From the NCBI RefSeq assembly GCF_009914755.1, contig NC_060927.1: a DNA stretch of 64,000 nt; one strand, 5' to 3'. The translations under genes and the position numbers were made by a program. Each line of letters begins with the position of its first letter. Within the stretch, counting starts at the first letter, position 1. The notes under the pieces were generated by a model that was given only the letters and a program-made list of their open reading frames with translations, was not told where the DNA came from and did not search any database. This DNA is from the human T2T-CHM13v2.0 reference genome, Homo sapiens. Positions 1 through 14,075 of this stretch are shown here, one piece after another.

Positions 1-138
1 TATATACTGTACATAAAATATGAAATTACCTCAAATATATATTATATTAGGTACATAAAATATGAAAGTACATCAAATATAGATTATATACTGTAAATAT
101 AATATCAATGTACCCCAAATATATATTTTATACTCTAC

Positions 139-516
139 ATGAAATATCAAAGTTCACAAACCATATATTATATACTGTACATAAAATATCAAAGTACCCA
201 AGGTATATATTCTATACTGTACAAAAAATATCAAAGTACCCAAAGCATGTATTATATACTGTACATAAAATATGAAAGTACATCAAATATATATTTTATT
301 CTGTACATAAAATATCAAAGTACACCAGATATATATTCTATAGTGTACATAAAATATCAAAGTACCCAAACTATACATTATATACTGTACATAAAATATG
401 AAATTACATCAAATATATATTATATTAGGTACATAAAATATGAAAGTACATCAAATATAGATTATATACTGTAAATATAATATCAATGTACCCCAAATAT
501 ATATTTTATACTCTAC
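139..516 (+). repeat. Representative canonical 378-bp HOR unit (9 x 42 bp)
   Basis: Nine distinguishable monomers with cores m1 AAGTTCACAAAC, m2 ACCCAAGG, m3 CCCAAAGCATG, m4 CATCAAATATATATTTTATTC, m5 ACACCAGAT, m6 CCCAAACTATACAT, m7 GAAATTACATC..TTAGG, m8 AATATAGATT and m9 ACCCCAAAT. Confidence 0.93.
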
Positions 517-3162
517 ATGAAATATCAAAGTTCACAAACCATATATTATATACTGTACATAAAATATCAAAGTACCCAAGGTATATATTCTATACTGTAC
601 AAAAAATATCAAAGTACCCAAAGCATGTATTATATACTATACCTAAAATATGAAAGTACATCAAATATATATTTTATTCTGTACATAAAATATCAAAGTA
701 CACCAGATATATATTCTACAGTGTACATAAAATATCAAAGTACCCAAACTATACATTATATACTGTACATAAAATATGAAATTACATCAAATATATATTA
801 TATTAGGTACATAAAATACGAAAGTACATCAAATATAGATTATATACTGTACATAAAATATCAAAGTACCCCAATATATATTATATACTGTACATGAAAT
901 ATCAAAGTTCACAAACTATATATTATGTACTGTACATAAAATATCAAAGTACCCAAGGTATATATTCTATACTGTACAAAAAATATCAAAGTACCCAAAG
1001 CATGTATTATATAATGTACATAAAATATGAAAGTACATCAAATATATATTTTATTCTGTACATAAAATATCAAAGTACACCAGATATATATTCTATAGCG
1101 TACATAAAATATCAAAGTACACAAACTATACATTATATACTGTACATAAAATATGAAATTACATCAAATATATATTATATTAGGTAAATGAAATATGAAA
1201 GTACATCAAATATAGATTATATACTGTACATAAAATATGAAAGTACCCCAAATATATATTATATACTCTACATGAAATATCAAAGTTCACAAACTATATA
1301 TTATATACTGTACATAAAATATCAAAGTACCCAAGGTATATATTCTATACTGTACAAAAAATATCAAAGTATCCAAAGCATGTATTATATACTGTATATA
1401 AAATATGAAAGTACATCAAATATATATTTTATTCTGTACATAAAATATCAAAGTACACCAGATATATATTCTATAGCGTACATAAAATATCAAAGTACAC
1501 AAACTGTACATTATATACTGTACATAAAATATGAAATTACATCAAATATATAATATATTAGGTACATAAAATATGAAAGTACATCAAATATAGATTATAT
1601 ACTGTAAATATAATATCAATGTACCCGAAATATATATTTTATTCTCTACATGAAATATCAAAGTTCACAAACCATATATTATATACTGTACATAAAATAT
1701 CAAAGTACCCAAGGTATATATTCTAAACTGTACAAAAAATATCAAAGTACCCAAAGCATGTATTATATACTGTATATATAAAATATGAAAGTACATCAAA
1801 TATATATTTTATTCTGTACATAAAATATCAAAGTACACCAGATATATATTCTATAGTGTACATAAAATATCAAAGTACCCAAACTATACATTATATACTG
1901 TACATAAAATATGAAATTACATCAAATATATATTATATTAGGTAAATGAAATATGAAAGTACATCAAATATAGATTATATACTGTACATAAAATATGAAA
2001 GTACCCCAAATATATATTATATACTCTACATGAAATATCAAAGTTCACAAACTATATATTATATACTGTACATAAAATATCAAAGTACCCAAGGTATATA
2101 TTCTATACTGTACAAAAAATATCAAAGTATCCAAAGCATGTATTATATACTGTATATAAAATATGAAAGTACATCAAATATATATTTTATTCTGTACATA
2201 AAATATCAAAGTACACCAGATATATATTCTATAGTGTACATAAAATATCAAAGTACCCAAACTATACATTATATACTGTACATAAAATATGAAATTACAG
2301 CAAATATATATTATATTAGGTACATAAAATATGAAAGTACATCAAATATAGATTATATACTCTACATTAAATACCAAAGTACCCCAAATATATATTTTAT
2401 ACTGTACATGAAATATCAAAGTTCACAAACTATATATTATATACTGTACATAAAATATCAATGTACCCAAGGTATATATTCTATACTGCACAAAAAATAT
2501 CAAAGTACCCAAAGCATGTATTATATACTGTATATAAAATATGAAAGTACATCAAATATATATTTTATTCTGTACATAAAATATCAAAGTACACCAGATA
2601 TATATTCTATAGTGTACATAAAATATCAAAGTACCCAAACTATACATTATATACTGTACATAAAATATGAAATTACATCAAATATATATTATATTAGGTA
2701 CATTAAATACGAAAGTACATCAAATATAGATTATATACTGTACATAAAATATGAAAGTACCCCAATATATATTATATACTCTACATGAAATATCAAAGTT
2801 CACAAACTATATATTATGTACTGTACATAAAATATCAAACTACCCAAGGTATATATTCTATACTGTACAAAAAATATCAAAGTACCCAAAGCATGTATTA
2901 TATAATGTACATAAAATATGAAAGTACATCAAATATATATTTTATTCTGTACATAAAATATCAAAGAACACCAGATATATATTCTATAGTGTACATAAAA
3001 TATCAAAGTACCCAAACTATACATTATATACTGTACATAAAATATGAAATTACAGCAAATATATATTATATTAGGTACATAAAATATGAAAGTACATCAA
3101 ATATAGATTATATACTGTACATTAAATACCAAAGTACCCCAAATATATATTTTATACTGTAC

Positions 3163-3745
3163 ATGAAATATCAAAGTTCACAAACTATATATTATATACT
3201 GTACATAAAATATCAATGTACCCAAGGTATATATTCTATACTGCACAAAAAATATCAAAATACCCAAAGCATGTATTATATACTGTATATAAAATATGAA
3301 AGTACATCAAATATATATTTTATTCTGTACATAAAATATCAAAGTACACCAGATATATATTCTATAGTGTACATAAAATAACAAAGTACACAAACTATAA
3401 ATTATATCCTGTACATAAAATATGAAATTACATCAAATATATATTAGGTACATAAAATATGAAAGTACATCAAATATAGATTATATACTGTACATTAAGT
3501 ACCAAAGTACACCAAATATATATTTTATTCTGTACATAAAATATCAAAGTACACCAGATATATATTCTATAGTGTACATAAAATATCAAAGTACCCAAAC
3601 TATACATTATATACTGTACATAAAATATGAAATTACATCAAATATATATTATATTAGGTAAATGAAATATGAAAGTACATCAAATATAGATTATATACTG
3701 TACATAAAATATGAAAGTACCCCAAATATATATTATATACTCTAC
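3163..3745 (+). repeat. 583-bp 14-mer HOR structural variant (further copies at 4875, 20652, 23492 and 31395 [582 bp])
   Basis: Start-to-start spacing is 583 = 14x42-5. Order is m1-m8, a hybrid m9/m4, then m5-m9. The marker is ATTAAGTACCAAAGTACACC. Confidence 0.85.
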
Positions 3746-6589
3746 ATGAAATATCAAAGTTCACAAACTATATATTATATACTGTACATAAAATATCAAA
3801 GTACCCAAGGTATATATTCTATACTGTACAAAAAATATCAAAGTATCCAAAGCATGTATTATATACTGTATATAAAATATGAAAGTACATCAAATATATA
3901 TTTTATTCTGTACATAAAATATCAAAGTACACCAGATATATATTCTATAGTGTACATAAAATATCAAAGTACCCAAACTATACATTATATACTGTACATA
4001 AAATATGAAATTACATCAAATATATATTATATTAGGTAAATGAAATATGAAAGTACATCAAATATAGATTATATACTGTACATAAAATATGAAAGTACCC
4101 CAAATATATATTATATACTCTACATGAAATATCAAAGTTCACAAACTATATATTATATACTGTCCATAAAATATCAAAGTACCCAAGGTATATATTTTAT
4201 ACTGTACAAAAAATATCAAAGTACCCAAAGCATGTATTATATACTATACCTAAAATATGAAAGTACATCAAATATATATTTTATTCTCTACATAAAATAT
4301 CAAAGTACACCAGATATATATTCTACAGTGTATATAAAATATCAAAGTACCCAAACTATACATTATATACTGTACATAAAATATGAAATTACATCAAATA
4401 TATATTATATTAGGTACATAAAATATGAAAGTACATGAAGTATAGATTATATACTGTACATAAAATATCAAAGTACCCCAAATTTATATTATATACTATA
4501 CATGAAATATCAAAGTTCACAAACTATATATTATATACTGTACATAAAATATCAAAGTACCCAAGGTATATATTCTATAGTGTACAAAAAATATCAAAGT
4601 ACCCAAAGCATGTATTATATACCGTACGTAAAATATAAAATTACATCAAATATATATTTTATTCTGTACATAAAATATCAAAGTACACCAGATATATATA
4701 CTATAGTGTACATAAAATATCAAAGTACCCAAACTATACATTATACACTGCACATAAAATATGAAATTACATCAAATATATATTAGGTACATAAAATATG
4801 AAAGTACATCAAATATAGATTATATACTGTAAATATAATATCAATGTACCCCAAATATATATTTTATACTCTACATGAAATATCAAAGTTCACAAACCAT
4901 ATATTATATACTGTACATAAAATATCAAAGTACCCAAGGTATATATTCTATACTGTACAAAAAATATCAAAGTACCCAATGCATGTATTATATACTGTAC
5001 ATAAAATATGAAAGTACATCAAATATATATTTTATTCTGTACATAAAATATCAAAGTACACCAGATATATATTCTATAGTGTACATAAAATAACAAAGTA
5101 CACAAACTATAAATTATATCCTGTACATAAAATATGAAATTACATCAAATATATATTAGGTACATAAAATATGAAAGTACATCAAATATAGATTATATAC
5201 TGTACATTAAGTACCAAAGTACACCAAATATATATTTTATTCTGTACATAAAATATCAAAGTACACCAGATATATATTCTATAGTGTACATAAAATATCA
5301 AAGTACCCAAACTATACATTATATACTGTACATAAAATATGAAATTACAGCAAATATATATTATATTAGGTACATAAAATATGAAAGTACATCAAATATA
5401 GATTATATACTCTACATTAAATACCAAAGTACCCCAAATATATATTTTATACTGTACATGAAATATCAAAGTTCACAAACTATATATTATATACTGTACA
5501 TAAAATATCAATGTACCCAAGGTATATATTCTATACTGCACAAAAAATATCAAAGTACCCAAAGCATGTATTATATACTGTATATAAAATATGAAAGTAC
5601 ATCAAATATATATTTTATTCTGTACATAAAATATCAAAGTACACCAGATATATATTCTATAGTGTACATAAAATATCAAAGTACCCAAACTATACATTAT
5701 ATACTGTACATAAAATATGAAATTACATCAAATATATATTATATTAGGTACATAAAATACGAAAGTACATCAAATATAGATTATATACTGTACATAAAAT
5801 ATGAAAGTACCCCAATATATATTATATACTCTACATGAAATATCAAAGTTCACAAACTATATATTATGTACTGTACATAAAATATCAAACTACCCAAGGT
5901 ATATATTCTATACTGTACAAAAAATATCAAAGTACCCAAAGCATGTATTATATAATGTACATAAAATATGAAAGTACATCAAATATATATTTTATTCTGT
6001 ACATAAAATATCAAAGAACACCAGATATATATTCTATAGTGTACATAAAATATCAAAGTACCCAAACTATACATTATATACTGTACATAAAATATGAAAT
6101 TACAGCAAATATATATTATATTAGGTACATAAAATATGAAAGTACATCAAATATAGATTATATACTGTACATTAAATACCAAAGTACCCCAAATATATAT
6201 TTTATACTGTACATGAAATATCAAAGTTCACAAACTATATATTATATACTGTACATAAAATATCAATGTACCCAAGGTATATATTCTATACTGCACAAAA
6301 AATATCAAAGTACCCAAAGCATGTATTATATACTGTATATAAAATATGAAAGTACATCAAATATATATTTTATTCTGTACATAAAATATCAAAGTACACC
6401 AGATATATATTCTATAGTGTACATAAAATATCAAAGTACCCAAACTATACATTATATACTGTACATAAAATATGAAATTACATGAAATATATATTATATT
6501 AGGTACATAAAATACGAAAGTACATCAAATATAGATTATATACTGTACATAAAATATCAAAGTACCCCAATATATATTATTTACTGTAC

Positions 6590-7125
6590 ATGAAATATCA
6601 AAGTTCACAAACTATATATTATGTACTGTACATAAAATATCAAAGTACCCAAGGTATATATTCTATACTGTACAAAAAATATCAAAGTACCCAAAGCATG
6701 TATTATATAATGTACATAAAATATGAAAGTACATCAAATATATATTTTATTCTGTACATAAAATATCAAAGAACACCAGATATATATTCTATAGTGTACA
6801 TAAAATATCAAAGTACCCAAACTATACATTATATACTGTACATAAAATATGAAATTACATCATATATATATTAGGTACATAAAATATGAAAGCACATCAA
6901 ATATATATTTTATTCTGTACATAAAATATCAAAGTACACCAGATATATATTCTATAGTGTACATAAAATAACAAAGTACACAAACTATAAATTATATACT
7001 GTACATAAAATATGAAATTACATCAAATATATATTAGGTACATAAAATATGAAAGTACATCAAATATAGATTATATACTGTACATATAATATCAATGTAC
7101 CCGAAATATATATTTTATACTCTAC
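6590..7125 (+). repeat. 536-bp 13-mer HOR structural variant (10 copies)
   Basis: Spacing is 536 = 13x42-10 from unit starts at 6590, 11657, 14076, 28607, 34280, 36705, 41755, 44174, 56584 and 59003. Order is m1-m7 then m4-m9, with a 5-bp deletion in both m7 copies. Confidence 0.88.
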
Positions 7126-10100
7126 ATGAAATATCAAAGTTCACAAACCATATATTGTATACTGCACATAAAATATCAAAATACCCAAGGTATATATTCT
7201 ATACTGTACAAAAAATATCAAAGTACCCAAAGCAGGTATTATATACTGTACATAAAATATGAAAGTACATCAAATATATATTTTATTCTGTACATAAAAT
7301 ATCAAAGTACACCAGATATATATTCTATAGCGTACATAAAATATCAAAGTACACAAACTATACATTATATACTGTACATAAAATATGAAATTACATCAAA
7401 TATATATTATATTAGGTACATAAAACATGAAAGTACATCAAATATAGATTATATACTGTAAATATAATATCAATGTACCCCAAATATATATTTTATACTC
7501 TACATGAAATATCAAAGTTCACAAACCATATATTATATACTGTACATAAAATATCAAAGTACCCAAGGTATATATTCTATACTGTACAAAAAATATCAAA
7601 GTACCCAAAGCATGTATTATATACTGTACATAAAATATGAAAGTACATCAAATATATATTTTATTCTGTACATAAAATATCAAAGTACACCAGATATATA
7701 TTCTATAGTGTACATAAAATATCAAAGTACCCAAACTATACATTATACACTGTACATAAAATATGAAATTACATTAAATATATATTATATTAGGTAAATG
7801 AAATATGAAAGTACATCAAATATAGATTATATACTGTACATAAAATATGAAACTACCCCAAATATATATTATATACTCTACATGAAATATCAAAGTTCAC
7901 AAACTATATATTATATACTGTCCATAAAATATCAAAGTACCCAAGGTATATATTTTATACTGTACAAAAAATATCAAAGTACCCAAAGCATGTATTATAT
8001 ACTATACCTAAAATATGAAAGTACATCAAATATATATGTTTTATTCTGTACATAAAATATCAAAGTACACCAGATATATATTCTACAGTGTATATAAAAT
8101 ATCAAAGTACCCAAACTATACATTATATACTGTACATAAAATATGAAATTACATCAAATATATATTATATTAGGTACATAAAATATGAAAGTACATGAAG
8201 TATAGATTATATACTGTACATAAAATATCAAAGTACCCCAAATTTATATTATATACTATACATGAAATATCAAAGTTCACAAACTATATATTATATACTG
8301 TACATAAAATATCAAAGTACCCAAGGTATATATTCTATAGTGTACAAAAAATATCAAAGTACCCAAAGCATGTATTATATACCGTACGTAAAATATAAAA
8401 TTACATCAAATATATATTTTATTCTGTACATAAAATATCAAAGTACACCAGATATATATACTATAGTGTACATAAAATATCAAAGTACCCAAACTATACA
8501 TTATACACTGCACATAAAATATGAAATTACATCAAATATATATTAGGTACATAAAATATGAAAGTACATCAAATATAGATTATATACTTTAAATATAATA
8601 TCAATGTACCCCAAATATATATTTTATACTCTACATGAAATATCAAAGTTCACAAACCATATATTATATACTGTACATAAAATATCAAAGTACCCAAGGT
8701 ATATATTCTATACTGTACAAAAAATATCAAAGTACCCAAAGCATGTATTATATACTGTACATAAAATATGAAAGTACATCAAATATATATTTTATTCTGT
8801 ACATAAAATATCAAAGTACACCAGATATATATTCTATAGTGTACATAAAATATCAAAGTACCCAAACTATACATTATATACTGTACATAAAATATGAAAT
8901 TACATCAAATATATATTATATTAGGTACATGAAATTTGAAAGTACATCAAATATAGATTATATACTGTACATAAAATATGAAAGTACCCCAAATATATAT
9001 TATATACTCTACATGAAATATCAAAGTTCACAAACTATATATTATATACTGTCCATAAAATATCAAAGTACCCAAGGTATATATTCTATACTGTACAAAA
9101 AATATCAAAGTATCCAAAGCATGTATTATATACTGTATATAAAATATGAAAGTACATCAAATATATATTTTATTCTGTACATAAAATATCAAAGTACACC
9201 AGATATATATTCTATAGTGTACATAAAATATCAAAGTACCCAAACTATACATTATATACTGTACATAAAATATGAAATTACAGCAAATATATATTATATT
9301 AGGTACATAAAATATGAAAGTACATCAAATATAGATTATATACTGTACATTAAATACCAAAGTACCCCAAATATATATTTTATACTGTACATGAAATATC
9401 AAAGTTCACAAACTATATATTATATACTGTACATAAAATATCAATGTACCCAAGGTATATATTCTATACTGCACAAAAAATATCAAAGTACCCAAAGCAT
9501 GTATTATATACTGTATATAAAATATGAAAGTACATCAAATATATATTTTATTCTGTACATAAAATATCAAAGTACACCAGATATATATTCTATAGTGTAC
9601 ATAAAATATCAAAGTACCCAAACTATACATTATATACTGTACATAAAATATGAAATTACATCAAATATATATTATATTAGGTACATAAAATACGAAAGTA
9701 CATCAAATATAGATTATATACTGTACATAAAATATCAAAGTACCCCAATATATATTATATACTGTACATGAAATATCAAAGTTCACAAACTATATATTAT
9801 GTACTGTACATAAAATATCAAAGTACCCAAGGTATATATTCTATACTGTACAAAAAATATCAAAGTACCCAAAGCATGTATTATATAATGTACATAAAAT
9901 ATGAAAGTACATCAAATATATATTTTATTCTGTACATAAAATATCAAAGTACACCAGATATATATTCTATAGCGTACATAAAATATCAAAGTACACAAAC
10001 TATACATTATATACTGTACATAAAATATGAAATTACATCAAATATATATTATATTAGGTAAATGAAATATGAAAGTACATCAAATATAGATTATATACTG

Positions 10101-11656
10101 TACATAAAATATGAAAGTTCCTCAAATATATATTATATACTCTACATGAAATATCAAAGTTCACAAACTATATATTATATACTGTACATAAAATATCAAA
10201 GTACCCAAGGTATATATTCTATACTGTACAAAAAATATCAAAGTATCCAAAGCATGTATTATATACTGTATATAAAATATGAAAGTACATCAAATATATA
10301 TTTTATTCTGTACATAAAATATCAAAGTACACCAGATATATATTCTATAGCGTACATAAAATATCAAAGTACACAAACTATACATTATATACTGTACATA
10401 AAATATGAAATTACATCAAATATATATTATATTAGGTACATAAAATATGAAAGTACATCAAATATAGATTATATACTGTAAATATAATATCAATGTACCC
10501 CAAATATATATTTTATACTCTACATGAAATATCAAAGTTCACAAACCATATATTATATACTGTACATAAAATATCAAAGTACCCAAGGTATATATTCTAT
10601 ACTGTACAAAAAATATCAAAGTACCCAAAGCATGTATTATATACTGTACATAAAATATGAAAGTACATCAAATATATATTTTATTCTGTACATAAAATAT
10701 CAAAGTACACCAGATATATATTCTATAGTGTACATAAAATATCAAAGTACCCAAACTATACATTATATACTGTACATAAAATATGAAATTACATCAAATA
10801 TATATTATATTAGGTAAATGAAATATGAAAGTACATCAAATATAGATTATATACTGTACATAAAATATGAAAGTACCCCAAATATATATTATATACTCTA
10901 CATGAAATATCAAAGTTCACAAACTATATATTATATACTGTACATAAAATATCAAAGTACCCAAGGTATATATTCTATACTGTACAAAAAATATCAAAGT
11001 ATCCAAAGCATGTATTATATACTGTATATAAAATATGAAAGTACATCAAATATATATTTTATTCTGTACATAAAATATCAAAGTACACCAGATATATATT
11101 CTATAGTGTACATAAAATATCAAAGTACCCAAGCTATACATTATATACTGTACATAAAATATGAAATTACAGCAAATATATATTATATTAGGTACATAAA
11201 ATATGAAAGTACATCAAATATAGATTATATACTGTACATTAAATACCAAAGTACCCCAAATATATATTTTATACTGTACATGAAATATCAAAGTTCACAA
11301 ACTATATATTATATACTGTACATAAAATATCAATGTACCCAAGGTATATATTCTATACTGCACAAAAAATATCAAAGTACCCAAAGCATGTATTATATAC
11401 TGTATATAAAATATGAAAGTACATCAAATATATATTTTATTCTGTACATAAAATATCAAAGTACACCAGATATATATTCTAATGTGTACATAAAATATCA
11501 AAGTACCCAAACTATACATTATATACTGTACATAAAATATGAAATTACATCAAATATATATTATATTAGGTACATAAAATACGAAAGTACATCAAATATA
11601 GATTATATACTGTACATAAAATATCAAAGTACCCCAATATATATTATATACTGTAC

Positions 11657-14075
11657 ATGAAATATCAAAGTTCACAAACTATATATTATGTACTGTACAT
11701 AAAATATCAAAGTACCCAAGGTATATATTCTATACTGTACAAAAAATATCAAAGTACCCAAAGCATGTATTATATAATGTACATAAAATATGGAAGTACA
11801 TCAAATATATATTTTATTCTGTACATAAAATATCAAAGAACACCAGACATATATTCTATAGTGTACATAAAATATCAAAGTACCCAAACTATACATTATA
11901 TACTGTACATAAAATATGAAATTACATCATATATATATTAGTTACATAAAATATGAAAGTACATCAAATATATATTTTATTCTGTACATAAAATATCAAA
12001 GTACACCAGATATATATTCTATAGTGTACATAAAATAACAAAGTACACAAACTATAAATTATATACTGTACATAAAATATGAAATTACATCAAATATATA
12101 TTAGGTACATAAAATATGAAAGTACATCAAATATAGATTATATACTGTACATATAATATCAATGTACCCGAAATATATATTTTATACTCTACATGAAATA
12201 TCAAAGTTCACAAACCATATATTGTATACTGCACATAAAATATCAAAATACCCAATGTATATATTCTATACTGTACAAAAAATATCAAAGTACCCAAAGC
12301 AGGTATTATATACTGTACATAAAATATGAAAGTACATCAAATATATATTTTATTCTGTACATAAAATATCAAAGTACACCAGATATATATTCTATAGTGT
12401 ACATAAAATATCAAAGTACCCAAACTATACATTATATACTGTACATAAAATATGAAATTACATCAAATATATATTATATTAGGTACATAAAATACGAAAG
12501 TACATCAAATATAGATTATATACTGTACATAAAATATCAAAGTACCCCAATATATATTATATACTGTATATGAAATATCAAAGTTCACAAACTATATATT
12601 ATATACTGTACATAAAATATCAAAGTACCCAAGGTATATATTCTATAGTGTACAAAAAATATCAAAGTACCCAAAGCATGTATTATATACTGTACATAAA
12701 ATATAAAATTACATCAAATATATATTTTATTCTGTACATAAAATATCAAAGTACACCAGATATATATTCTATAGTGTACATAAAATATCAAAGTACCCAA
12801 ACTATACATTATACACTGTACATAAAATATGAAATTACATCAAATATATATTCGGTACATAAAATATGAAAGTACATCAAATATAGATTATATACTGTAA
12901 ATATAATATCAATGTACCCCAAATATATATTTTATACTCTACATGAAATATCAAAGTTCACAAACCATATATTATATACTGTACATAAAATATCAAAGTA
13001 CCCAAGGTATATATTCTATACTGTACAAAAAATATCAAAGTACCGAAAGCATGTATTATATACTGTACATAAAATATGAAAGTACATCAAATATATATTT
13101 TATTCTGTACATAAAATATCAAAGTACACCAGATTTATATTCTATAGTGTACATAAAATATCAAAGTACCCAAACTATACATTATATACTGTACATAAAA
13201 TATGAAATTACATCAAATATATATTATATTAGGTACATGAAATAGGAAAGAACATCAAATATAGATTATATACTGTATATAAAATATGAAAGTACCCCAA
13301 ATATATATTATATACTCTACATGAAATATCAAAGTTCACCAACTATATATTATATACTGTACATAAAATATCAAAGTACCCAAGGTATATATTCTATACT
13401 GTACAAAAAATATCAAAGTATCCAAAGCATGTATTATATACTGTATATAAAATATGAAAGTACATCAAATATATATTTTATTCTGTACATAAAATATCAA
13501 AGTACACCAGATATATATTCTATAGTGTACATAAAATATCAAAGTCCCCAAACTATACATTATATACTGTACATAAAATATGAAATTACAGCAAATATAT
13601 ATTATATTAGGTACATAAAATATGAAAGTACATCAAATATAGATTATATACTGTACATTAAATACCAAAGTACCCCAAATATATATTTTATACTGTACAT
13701 GAAATATCAAAGTTCACAAACTATATATTATATACTGTACATAAAATATCAATGTACCCAAGGTATATATACTATACTGCACAAAAAATATCAAAGTACC
13801 CAAAGCATGTATTATATACTGTATATAAAATATGAAAGTATATCAAATATATATTTTATTCTGTACATAAAATATAAAAGTACACCAGATATATATTCTA
13901 TAGTGTACATAAAATATCAAAGTACCCAAACTATACATTATATACTGTACATAAAATATGAAATTACATCAAATATATATTATATTAGGTACATAAAATA
14001 CGAAAGTACATCAAATATAGATTATATACTGTACATAAAATATCAAAGTACCCCAATATATATTATATACTGTAC
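11657..14075 (+). repeat. 2419-bp six-unit module (536+377+373+378+378+377); also at 41755-44173 and 56584-59002
   Basis: All three copies have the same unit-length series and share the rare variants GATTTATAT, TTCACCAACT and TATACTATACTGCAC. Confidence 0.82.

Noticed and set aside
1-10817. A simple 44.9-kb tandem macro-period across the entire window
   Set aside because: Positions 1-10.8 kb do not match 44.9-55.7 kb, which is largely the diverged block, so the long duplication is segmental within this window.
11657-14075. The 2419-bp period resembles the approximately 2.4-kb HSat1B/DYZ2 unit
   Set aside because: The module consists only of 42-bp monomers and lacks the Alu-derived and other components of HSat1B; the length match appears coincidental.
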